Below are positions 52,083 to 64,000 of a stretch of DNA of 64,000 nt, in pieces. Each line of letters opens with the position of its first letter. Position 1 is the first letter of the stretch. The notes beneath the pieces are model-generated. The model saw only the letters and a program-made list of their open reading frames with translations, did not search any database and was not told where the DNA came from. The stretch is from Octopus sinensis (lineage: Eukaryota), in NCBI RefSeq assembly GCF_006345805.1, contig NC_043005.1, positions 39,618,001 through 39,682,000 on the forward strand, given 5' to 3'. Position numbers and translations under genes: made by a program.

Positions 52083-55000
52083 ATTATTTTTATTATTAAC
52101 GCAGTCATAAAGTATATAATCTATCTGAAATAAACAAATTCTAAATATTCTGTTTTATAAGTATCTTGCGGATTGTCTTGCAAAAGGGGTGCCGCATCAG
52201 CCACTCAGTTTCAAGGCTTTCTTTCTTCAGGAGCAACAGTTACATCCCAAATGGACGAAGGGTAGTACTATTTCTGTGTTTAAGGACATCAGCGGAAGTT
52301 GTCAAAATGCCCGAAAAAAAAACAAAAAAAAAAGACGGTGTCTATCTATTACTCACATGGTGATATGTGCTTAAGTTATCTTCTAACTCTCTACGATCTG
52401 TGAACGAGATTATGAGATATTGAAAATGAAGAATGTCACAACAGGTGTCAACATATATGCGCGAGTATCCCACGACCCGAACGAGAAACGTATGATCGCA
52501 ACTGTGCATCAGTTACTAGCGCGTATAAATGTGAAAGGTAGTTTGAAATGTATTCAAGATGGATCGCATTAGCTGAACCACTACTTCTTCGTAAAGGCCT
52601 AATTGAAAAGTGGTAGAGGAAACCAAAGAGGAAACAAAGCTTATATGAGATCTTGCTATGATGAAATTTAGGACATATTTCTGTCATTCTGTGTATAGAT
52701 ATTTCTGCTATTCTCGTATAAAAGCAAAATATGAGATTATTGATTGTCAAATTATAAATGAAATATCGAAAATGACAGCTAATAATATAGCTGAGAAAAT
52801 ATGAGAAATGTGGATTAAGACGATTTCAAAAAGGGAAATCTAATCCTGATTTTTGTAGGAAGGAAAATAATTGTTTGTTAGAGAAGATGCTGCGAATTAC
52901 GGCAAGAATTCATTAGTAGGATGTTCTATAAACATCATCGTGCACTAGTGGCCACAAACACAATCACTGTTCGATGAATATGCCACGAACTTTTCACTTG
53001 CGCAAAGCATCAGGTAAACTCTATTAAAGTCGTATCCAAAATATAACTCGGCATTCCACCAACAGAACAATTATTCCGAGGATTAATATTCGTTACAGTT
53101 CTCTTCCTCCAGTGGAACGTACATTCCATTGCTTGAGGTGGGGGAATGGATGCTTCACCCAAACTTCATCCATTTGGACAAATGCTATTCTTTTCTCCTT
53201 GTTCAACGCCCATTAGCGCTACGCTTGGCTGTCGCCACCCATACTCGAACACTGCACTCTGAGGTACCAACACCCCCCCCTTATCTGGAGAACACGTTAC
53301 GTTAGAATACACTGTTTTGAGGATAGTTACGTCTGCTTTCTGCCGTGGTCTTCATAGATCGATTGTGTTTTTCTATGATTCCATATGCAGCTATACTGAA
53401 GGAAATGCGGTATTGCAACCTAACAAAACTTCACACACACGCATTCATATATACAATGCATACACATACACACGTACTGACAGACACACAAACATTTGAT
53501 AGAGGCTCAGTCAAAGCTGAGTCACCGATGTCCATTAAGATATAGATACTTGTGGAATATACAAAAAATGAGGACGAGAGAAAAATATTAAAAAAAAGGA
53601 AAGGATGGGACACACATTATTGAAATGTATGTTCCATCCAGGGTCGATTTCTGGTTAAGCAATAACAGCAACAACAATCAAAACACCATCATCATCAACA
53701 ACGACAACAAAAACCAATATGACAGCAGTAATAATAACAGCAAAAATAGCACACCATCTGCAGCAACCACCATCATCGTTTTTTTCCTACCACAGTTTTT
53801 CTCTATTATTTGGTAGCTTTTGTTCAATTAATGATTTTTGCATATACTGGCGCAAATATGCATTCCATGCCTGTACCGCTAATTGAAGATAGTTTTTTTT
53901 TTTCCATTAAAAAAGACTGTATTGTTCTCAAGTATATAACTGACTGCGTTTGTTATAAACTCTATAATAAGTCTGCAGAGAATAGTCTAAGTGGGTTTTT
54001 GGATTTCAGCTCATTAGACAATAAATAATGAATATGGTGATAGTGGACGACAAAATGACTGAAGCAACACCATATTGCTACCAAGGTTGTGTGAGACGCT
54101 AAGTTGGTTGAGATGCTTGCCTCGACGGATATAAAATAGTGTAAGGTAAGGTTAGATTTGACTTTTTATTGTAAGAAGTCACACATACAAATTTAGATTA
54201 CTGTTATTTATTTATTTTGTTTTTAGAGTTTTGCTAGCTCGTTCTAAGAAGTAAACTTTAAATCAGAGGCTATAATGGATGGATATAATGGATGGACATA
54301 GAACACAAAAGGAAAAGAGAACCAGGGGCATCTCTACATTCATGAAGGAAGTAGTTGTGGGCCTCTTCATTGTTTCCGGTGTTCATTGGAATTTTATATT
54401 TCCTCGTTTTGAGCTAAGAACAAGTGACATTTTCCTTGCGTGTGCCCTAGCACATTCTCGCGGTGTAGGAAGTCATTAACCGTTGGAAAACCAAATTAAT
54501 TTGTTGTTCGTCTATTTTAAAACAAGCTATTTCGGAGAATACTGCATATAAAATGTCGGAAAGTGTTCTAAGGTTAGTAGCAAAAATATGTGATCTTTTA
54601 ATAATAAGGGAAGTGGTTAAAATATTCATAGCTACAAATATTTTTTCTACCTATTAACAGCTTTTAGATATATTTAATATATTTTCCTCGGATAGGATGC
54701 CAACTCACTATGAAAATAAACTTTCCTCAAAATGCTAATTTTTTAATGGTAAACCTATGTAGGCCAAAGTGATGTACTTAGAAGGATATTGTAATATTTA
54801 CTGCCCATGTCACAATGCATCATTGATTAGTCCAATACTGTCTTCACTCATCAATCTTAAGTTTTACACCTTGTCAGCCTGGCGATTGTGGTGTCTCGAT
54901 AAATAAATACAAATGAGTCAAAGTGCAACTGTTACTCGAGAGAAATAGTAACAAAATATCCTTTATATCACAATCATTCCTCTAAAAAACGAAACGACAC

Positions 55001-55179
55001 ATTGGACAGTGTAGTCCTAGATAGACCGTCTGAAAATAAAAGTCAGAATGATCGCAATTGGAACAATTTTTATAGCTTACTCGGTAGAGGAAGAGTAGTA
55101 CTCATGACTGTTTTGGGGGCTGCAGAGATCAGTGGGAGTTGCATTCAGACTGGAAATATCCTCCTTATTTAAGGTCTGT

Positions 55180-55400
55180 CTTCCATGCAGCATGGGTTGG
55201 ACAGTTCAGTGGCATTTAAGGAGTTGGAAGACTACATCGAGTTCCAACATCTTCTTTGGCCTGGTTTCTACAGTTAGGTGTCTTTCCTAATGTCAATCAC
55301 TTTACAGAGATTAGTAGATGCTTTTTTGTGGCACTGGCACTCATGAAGTCGCCATGTAACTTGCAAGGTAATCCCCATTAACCGAGTGTAGAGTAGTATT
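55180..55400. mobile_element. Dispersed repeat, probably an RTE-tail or SINE remnant (weaker relative at about 27870-28080)
   Basis: TTCCATGCAGCATGGGTTGGAC..GGTTTCTAC..TTCCTAATG pattern, which I recall as a common cephalopod repeat; not verified. Confidence 0.45.
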
Positions 55401-56559
55401 GAGATAGGTCGCTTTATGATAGGTGATGAGAGGCTAAAGTATGATATGAGATGAACAGATGTCTTCTTGTAAAGGAGATACATGGCTGCCAAGCTGAGCT
55501 ACAAGAAAGTGAGTATTTGGTAGAATACGAACAGAAGATTGCAAAAGGTAGACCTGTTGGTAAATTCACGAGAATATAAAAAGAGAATGACCAATGATTA
55601 GACATGGAGATAGAAGTAAATACAGAGAATAATGGACAGCGGTAGAATTTTAATCAATTGTGAATATTAGTTTGGGGAAACGTAAAGAAAATAGAATTGA
55701 GTCAGAGAGAACGAGGGGAAGACGAGTAACAACACAAAAGAAAGCGGGTGAAGAGCGATAGTATAATAAAAGTGTAGATAGGTGGAGAAGAGGGAGGCCA
55801 AGCCCCGAATATTTGAAAGAAAGCGTATGTCGATAGAATCACTTTAGAACCACGTGATTACGTTATATAAAATAACAATTAGGTCGACCACTCAAAACCA
55901 TGAACCCAACCTCTTCGATAGGTTTCCACACACAAACTCTTTCTTCGACTCCAGAAATTGATGGAAGACACTTACCTGAGATCGAACCGATACCTTAATC
56001 CCGTAGTCTTTTCTATGCACCTGATCATACGTTTGTTCGTTTGCTCAATCAAAGGTGACCAGGGATTAAGCACTAATACCACCAGGTTACTTTGAAAACC
56101 AAACTATTGTGCTTCGTGATTTTTCTGGCTTCACTTCCCCACCACAAATTCTTCAACAATGTCTATGACCCACGGTTTTTAGGTTTCATCTCATTTCTGA
56201 ATCAGAGTTCTGAGTTCACATCACATCTATGTTGAATAGTTTTCTTTTCTTTTCTTGGTATAATTATCAGTAAGTACTTGGATTTATCCAAACAGGTCAG
56301 CGGGTAAGTAAAAGTAAATAACGAGCAGCCCACTTCCACGAGCGAGCCATACCCACTGCCTTTACATAAAAAGACTGAATACGGAGAAGGAAAGTAATGT
56401 GTACAGACTGACATATTGTATTCTATTTGATGTGCCACTGTATTTTGGATGGTACAGTGTGATTGTCAACTATGAGGGGCGCATGCTTTATCTGGAACAA
56501 TGGAATCTGTAGCTTATATCCAAGCATTCGATCGACTACAAACGTGCCATAAAGCAAGC

Positions 56560-57142
56560 ACATCTTTTCTACTCCAGACACAAGGCCCGAAATTTTTGGG
56601 GAAGGGCCAGTCGATTAGATCGCTGCCAGTACGCAACTGGTACTTAATTTATCGACCCCGAAAGAATGAAAGGATAAGTCGACCTCAGCGGAATTTGAAC
56701 TCAGGACGTAAAAACAGACGAAATACCTATTTCTTTACTACTCACAAGGGGCTAAACACAGAGAGGACAAACAAGGACAGACAAACGAATTAAATCGATT
56801 ATATCGACCCAGTGCGTAACTGGTACTTATTTAATCGACCCCGAAAGGATGAAAGGCAAATCAACCTCGGTGGAATTTGAACTCAGAACGTAACGGCAGA
56901 TGAAATACGGCTACGCGTTTCGCCCGGCGTGCTAAGGTTTCTTATTTCTTAATTGCTTTAAACATAGAGGGGACAAACAAGGACAGACAATCGGATTAAG
57001 TCGATTACATCGACCCCAGTGCGTAACTGTACTTCCGAAAGTCAACCTCGGCGGAATTTGAACTCAGAACGCAGCGGCAGACGAAATACTACAAAGCATT
57101 TCGTCCGGTGTGCTAACGTTTCTGCCAATTCGCCGCCTCCTA
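56560..57142 (-). mobile_element. Head-to-tail trimer of tRNA-derived SINEs
   Basis: Three GAGTTCAAATTCC units: 56941-57142, 56728-56940 and about 56560-56727. Confidence 0.9.
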
Positions 57143-60100
57143 AAACAAGCAAAACTAAAGTAGAAATACACGAGAATTTTGTTTTTGATTTTTCCATGAG
57201 CCAAGTAAATGAGTATCATTTCCTATTGTTGGTGGTAATGATGATGATGATGATGAGATTGTTGTTGATGAGGTTGTTGTTGATGAGGAGGAGGAAGAGG
57301 AGGAGATTGTTGCTATTGTTGATGATGATGACAATAAGGTTGTTGTTGTTAATGATGTTGTTATTGATGATGATGATGATGATGATGATGATTAACTCTT
57401 TCTTTATAAATGTGCATAATAAAAGTTATGAGATACAGTGTAGTACCAGACTAAACGCAGTTTGACTTTTAGCTAGTTCTCTGCACATTCTAAGTTCGAA
57501 TTCTGCAGGAAATGGCTTTGTCTTTCGTTCCCCTAGGATCCATAAAATAAGTATTCGTCAACTTTTGGAGTTGATCTAATTCCATCAATTCTTCAACACT
57601 TTTACAAATCTGTGGCCCCGTATCAATGGTAGAAAACTTTGCTTTTATTGTAGTTTTATAGCCGTTTATTTTAATTTTATCATTTAAATATAATGATTAA
57701 GAAAGTCGTTAAGATGGAACCAAGAGCCTGGCAGTAATTATAACGGATACTGGATCTGATTTACTCAAGGACTGAAAATTTAAAAAAAAAACGTATGTTT
57801 ATCAACACACAGACAAAGGAGAGAAAGAGAGAGAAAGAGGGGGTAATTTTCTTGTGTGCAATCAGCATTAATCAATTTCTGGTGAGAAGATAATTAACAG
57901 AGTAGAGAAAATTGTCGCAACTAACTTGTTGAAATTTGAGAGGAGCTGGAAACAAATTTTACAAGACTTCATAAATTTTTAGATAATAACCGTGGGGAGA
58001 GTTGCTTTTAGTAGTCATTCTGTAGGGACCAGTTGTTTGGTCAGAAGCAGAATAAAAAATAGAATTCAATCCGAAGAAAAGCACTAAAATTCGAATGCTG
58101 AAAGCAAGTGCAATGTTAGAATAACTCATGAAGAAGAAGAACAAAAATTGAAACAGAAATATAAACGGGAGTTTAAAAATACATAAAAATACTGATTGAA
58201 TAAAATATACAAATAAATATATATATAAATAAAAGAAAGAAAGAACTACATTTGTATTGCTCCGTCGAATTATTCTTCTACCAATCACTGAACAAGTGGA
58301 CGATTTTCGCTGTTGAATAGCGAATCTAATACAAGAACAATGCTGAGAAGTGGAAAAGAAAAGACGTTTTAGCTGTCGAAATAAAACATGGAAAAGAACT
58401 GGAAAAAACAGCGTTTGTAAAATCAATTTCAAATTCACGTGATCAATTATTATAACAGCTTTATTACAGACAACAACGACAACAACGTGAATAAGAACAC
58501 AATAGCAATAAAAAACGGCAACAATAAGAATAATGTTAACAATAGCAACAGTAAAATAAACACGCAGATATAATGCTTGGCCATGTTTTGTATTTCATTT
58601 TTTATGAATTTGTTCGACAATGAGAACATACACCACACCTTTTACAAAAATAACAAAAACTTTATATAAAAATTACGAAAACGATAACAATTAAAAATAG
58701 CTAAAAAGACAAAAGAGAAAAAAGAAAGTAATAAAAGGTTTCTCCTTTTTTCAACAAATCGAAATTATGGGTCTGAGGACTTGAGATCTCGACACAGATT
58801 TGCTTCTACGGCATTTTAATGAAGATGTGATGGAAGTTATAGGAGGAATAAAAGTGAATAGAATGAATAAATTCCTCTTTCTTAGACTGAAAGTTCTTAC
58901 AACGGTTGCTCTGACCTGCTTGAAACAGCAGCTAAATCTCCTACAAATAAAGCATACCGTGGTTTTATATATTGTAATAATAGCTTGTAAAAAGGCATAA
59001 CCAAGGATAACCAAGGACAAAACAACAACAACAACTGAAATTTATTCGAATCGTGAAAGAAGAAAGACAAAATTTTGGTTGCTGTTTATCGCCATTTCAT
59101 GGAGCACGTTTTTATAATTCACCGAATGATTAGATACGAGCAGCTTTATGCCATCTCCCTACCGAGTATAAATAGTGAATCGAACGATTATATACGAGTA
59201 GGTTTGTAGAAAGTACTTATAGGACGTACTCAAGTCATTAGGTACCAGTAAGTGTCGGGGTTAACAATACGATTACGTAAAAACCAGAGGGTTTTTTTTC
59301 CTAAATAAATTTTCCAAGTCTAGCTGGACGACCTCACTGTGACATCCAGCATACCATAGCAGATGATATAAAATATTGTGTGGTGGTATGCATAAGAGTT
59401 TCCTTTTCAGTCTCCAGTCGGTTTTGGTAACATTCTAAGATTAAAACGGGATAAGGTGCATTCGATCAAAGCACATCAATCGTTAGCTTCACATACCGAA
59501 AACAGCAGTATCGGTGACTAATATATTTATTGATATTGTTTCTATTTACAAGTATATAGTTTTTGCGGCTTTTTCTTGGTTTGAATGGGATAGATAGCGT
59601 TCTTAGATAGTATTGTAATAGTGTTCTGGAGAGTTATAAATGTGTTTAGATGTTTAGATGTAATTGTATATATAGTGGCAGTGCCTTTGACGATGGTAAC
59701 TTCGTTTGATACATTCGATTATCCAAACAATCATTCAATTCGGGTGTTTTGGTTCCATTATAAAGTTGGTATTCGAAGGCCCTCATTTTGGAGTTGCTTT
59801 TTTTATATTCTTCGTGGCTTCTTAAATTTTCTTGTAGAGAAATTGGTGACCCAGGCAGGCATCTAAATCGCTTAATATTAAAATTAATAATATCGAAATT
59901 ATTATAAAAACTAACTGTTAAAATGTGCTTTGCTAAGGAGTTCTAATAAGGCCAAAACACTACTGAGTTGTCAAGCTCTCTGCCAATGGTCAAATTATAT
60001 TTCCCTTTCTCTTCACTTCATTGCCTATTTTCAGTTTTAATTAATTAGATCTTCGTTGCATCAATCCATCAATCCACTTAGTTTTGTTATTTGTCCTTCT

Positions 60101-61411
60101 TTCCTTTGATTGATTTAAGCGTTGTTCGATGATTACCTTTCCTTAATGCCAATAAGTAAGTTAATGCCAATAAGTTCACTTATCTACTGTGTTGATTTGC
60201 GTTTATGTTTGCTATTATTGTTTGCAGTACTGAGTTACAACGATAGAGATTATGGAAAACCACCGAAATAAGTTTCTCTTTTGAATCACTGAATAAGGAC
60301 CGGCTGATGGCCAGTAAGTAATCCATTAGGATACTAGGTCTTGTAACATATTAAAGCCACAGCTTTTTAATCACCTCATCTAAAATATCTTGGGTCATTT
60401 TGGTTTCTATGTCAGAAATACAATTTCTGGTTCAAAAAGTGGTCCATCGCTCACATGAAACTTCACTTTAATATGGCAGGCTTCGTATTTAAGACCAGAA
60501 AAATTTCTGATCGATGATAGAAAGTTACATAATTGAACGATTAAGATTCACCCAGAGACTCTACATCCTTGGTATGTTGGTACAAATGATTCAGTATGGG
60601 ACGCTTATGGTTGAACGTTAACGTTATATTGGCGTTCTGGTTATGACCATCTCATCTTTATTACAGATGTATTGTAAAAATTTGATACTAAAAAGATGTT
60701 GGTCCACATTTTATAGATATCAATTTTAATGGACATTTAGTTGTTGCTGCTGTAGTGACCACATATAGTGAACTATATATGAAGTTTTGACACTATAGGG
60801 GGTTACAACCTCATCCAGAGTCGAAGAATGGATGAATAAATGATAAAATAAATAAATAATAAATAAATAAAAGAATATACAATGCAAGTCAACAACAATA
60901 AGGAAATGTATGACGTAACTTAGTACTTAAGATTTGATAAGGGAAAATAAATACCATTGGTAAATATTTCCACCAAACACATTTAGAATTGGCCTGAAGC
61001 CCAATCTCACTTGAGGTCAGCAACAAATTAAATTGCTAAATATAGGTTTGCATACATGATCAGTTTTCTATTGTTTAAATATATTTTCTGTCTAGAGAAA
61101 AATGAAAAAATGCAAAACAGAGTTTGATTTAATTACACGAAGTTGAACTAACTTTTGAGCCGAGAGACAAAAAATCCGAAGTACAATATACGATTAGGCC
61201 AAAACAGTTTTTATAAACTAATAAAAGTAACTGACCCCACTGATATAGAGTAGGGAAAAGGAGAAAAATTGTTTAAAGTAAAGTTCGTGCTGCTTTTTGG
61301 TTGTTTTTGTATTATTGCTATATTAAAATTAAAATTTGCTTTATTCTTGGACTTTTGTTTTTTTAATCTTGAGTTATAAGTCATTAATCAGTACACATAC
61401 ACACACACACA

Positions 61412-61483
<72 letters not shown>

Positions 61484-61490
61484 ATATATA

Positions 61491-61800
61491 TATGTATGAC
61501 AGAACTTACACGTACGTAGACGTACACAGTATACATTTTGATAATCGTCTACAGGCAAATAGATGTGTACGTGTATAATACCATGAGGAGAATGATTTTT
61601 GTATAGAAATACATCTCTAAGCACACTACTCACACATACGCACACATGCATACAGATGCACACACACGCGCGCATACATACACGAATATATATATATATA
61701 TATACATATAAATATATATACACACTGACATGTATATACGTATAATGTATATATATACATACATATATATATATATACTTACATGTGTATATGTGTGTAG

Positions 61801-61834
<34 letters not shown>

Positions 61835-62574
61835 TATATATTATATATATATATATATCTATATATATATATATGTATGTATGACAGAACTTACACGTAC
61901 GTAGACGTACACAGTATACATTTTGATAATCGTCTACAGGCAAATAGATGTGTACATGTATAATACCATGAGGAGAATGATTTTTGTATAGAAATACATC
62001 TCTAAGCACACTACTCACACATACGCACACATGCATACAGATGCACACACGCGCGCATACATACACGAATATATATATATATATATACATATAAATATAT
62101 ATACACACTGACATGTATATACGTATAATGTATATATATACATACATATATATATATACTTACATGTGTATATGTGTGTAGATATATATATATATATATT
62201 ATATATATATATATATAATATATATATTATATATATATATATATATGTATGACAGAACTTACACGTACGTAGACGTACACAGTATACATTTTGATAATCG
62301 TCTACAGGCAAATAGATGTGTACATGTATAATACCATGAGGAGAATGATTTTTGTATAGAAATACATCTCTAAGCACACTACTCACACATACGCACACAT
62401 GCATACAGATGCACACACGCGCGCATACATACACGAATATATATATATATACATATAAATATATATACACACTGACATGTATATACGTATAATGTATATA
62501 TATACATACATATATATATATATACATATAAATATATATACACACTGACATGTATATACGTATAATGTATATAT

Positions 62575-62650
<76 letters not shown>
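61491..62650. repeat. Near-identical ~370-400 bp tandem triplication joined by (TA)n
   Basis: Unit start TATGTATGACAGAACTTACACG at 61491, 61876 and 62244. Confidence 0.95.
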
Positions 62651-62661
<11 letters not shown>

Positions 62662-62982
62662 ATGTATACATATGCATATATATGTGAGTGTGTGTGAGTC
62701 CATAATATCTTACATATTTGTGTGTCTGTGCACCCACATAAGGTTGTGCTAACGTATGTATGTGGGTGAAATGAAAAGCGATCTGGAGAGAAAAAGCGAT
62801 ATTTTATATGACTTTATACAGCTTCCGTCTTAAGTTCTTTATCATAAAGTTCCACCAAGATAAATATTTATTAAATTTCAAAAAAAAAGTTAAATTTTAA
62901 TTAATTTTAAAAGTTTAGAAATGATTTCTTATTTTCGCAATTATTCTTTCCTGTTGCATAATGTGTGTGTGTGTGTGTGTGT

Positions 62983-63017
<35 letters not shown>

Positions 63018-63342
63018 CTGCGTGTGTGCATAGTTACTCATTGTAAGTTTGTGATGTGTTACAAAAACATAAAGTTATTTTATGTAACGAAGTAGTGGAA
63101 GTGTGTAAATATCTTGTATATTATATGTTAATATTTACGAGAAAAAGAGAATACATAGATGAACCATGGTTTCGTTCGGTTGCCAGTCGGTACTAATCAT
63201 TAGATTCTAAGCGGTGCGAACGATGTAGATCGTCAGTTGTCGCCAGTCAAGCATCAGCAGGAGGATCTTCTTAAAAACACTGCGAAGATGAATTTACGCA
63301 TGTGTTGGCAACTCAAAATTTTATATATTTTCAAAGGCATTG

Positions 63343-63550
63343 AGCTGGCAGAATTGTTACAGCTCTGGAGAAAATGTTTAGCAGCTTCCCTTTCGGTTCT
63401 TTACATTTTGTATTCAAATACCACCGATGTAGAATTTGCCTTTCATCTTTACCGGGTTCATAAAATAAATTACCAATCAATTACTTGAGTCGACGTAATC
63501 TACTTCCATCTCCCCCAAAATTACAGACCTTGTGCCAAAATTAGAAAGAC
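63343..63550 (+). mobile_element. Decayed tRNA-derived SINE
   Basis: GAGCTGGCAGAA..TTCAAAT..TTTGCCTTTCATC..GTCGACGTAATC. Confidence 0.7.
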
Positions 63551-63589
63551 TAATATTCATTTTTTTTTTTTTTATTAAAATTGGAATAT

Positions 63590-63820
63590 GATGAAAAGCT
63601 TCCCTAAGAGATACAAGAATCTCCTGGCTTTAAGGTTGCGCGAAAAGCTTTGTTGGAGGCACAACCATCTGAGTTCTTTTATGGGGTTTAGAAAAGCTGA
63701 AGAGCCTCTGCAGTTAATGTGTGAATCTGAGAGGAGATTATGTTGAATAAAAACATAATTAATTGATTCTACTGCATTCTCTTTTACCGAAAGCCAGGAA
63801 CTTTTCAGCATCCCATCGCA
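63590..63820 (+). mobile_element. Mariner-like transposase 3' end and right terminus
   Basis: ...CVNLRGDYVE* (stop 63748-63750) is the typical mariner C-terminus; followed by CCAGGAACTTTTCAGCATCCC, a TIR-like end. Confidence 0.55.
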
Positions 63821-64000
63821 TGTCATGTGACTTTCGTCTATTTTCAGAAATTAGATCTTATTCAACTCTGACCATGAGTGGTCCCTCTCTCTATCTGGCT
63901 CTCGCTCTCTCTCAGTCTCTCTCTCTCTCACCTCTCGATTTTCCAATGTCCTTGGAAGGTGCTGCTGTGTAGGTAGGTGGGTAGGTAGGTAGGCAGGCAG

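Noticed and set aside
52387-52572. Open frame containing MKNVTTGVNIYARVSHDPNEKRMIATVHQLLARINVKG
   Set aside because: Short, no recognisable family and no clear acceptor site.
55995-56070. miR-375-like seed TTTGTTCGTTTG within a weak inverted repeat
   Set aside because: The candidate mature sequence falls in the loop and there is no proper pre-miRNA stem.

Overview
AT-rich eukaryotic DNA that is intergenic or deep-intronic and packed with microsatellites and decayed transposons. The SINE and microsatellite make-up resembles coleoid cephalopod (octopus-like) DNA; that assignment comes from my recall of these families, not from a search. I found no host protein-coding exon I can support, and most ORFs in the supplied track are translations of (TA)n, (TG)n, (TAGA)n or trinucleotide repeats. 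The best-supported elements are: a 5'-truncated R4/Dong RT-RLE retrotransposon between two (TAA)n tracts (45.4-48.1 kb); an RTE LINE fragment; a HERO-like RLE fragment; Penelope GIY-YIG remnants with a minimal hammerhead ribozyme motif; Tx1/L1 3' ends; Tigger/pogo and mariner remnants; two non-autonomous Helitron-like elements; a MITE with an 8-bp TSD that carries TTAGGG repeats; a foldback/Mutator-like element with a 9-bp TSD whose arms are built from SINE tails; and many tRNA-derived SINEs. The strongest leads are a 3' tail apparently shared by a SINE and a Tx1 LINE, in-register SINE multimers, several retrotransposon clades converging on one ATT/ATC microsatellite, and the composite DNA transposons. 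Two large duplications centred on (TA)n may be long-read artefacts.
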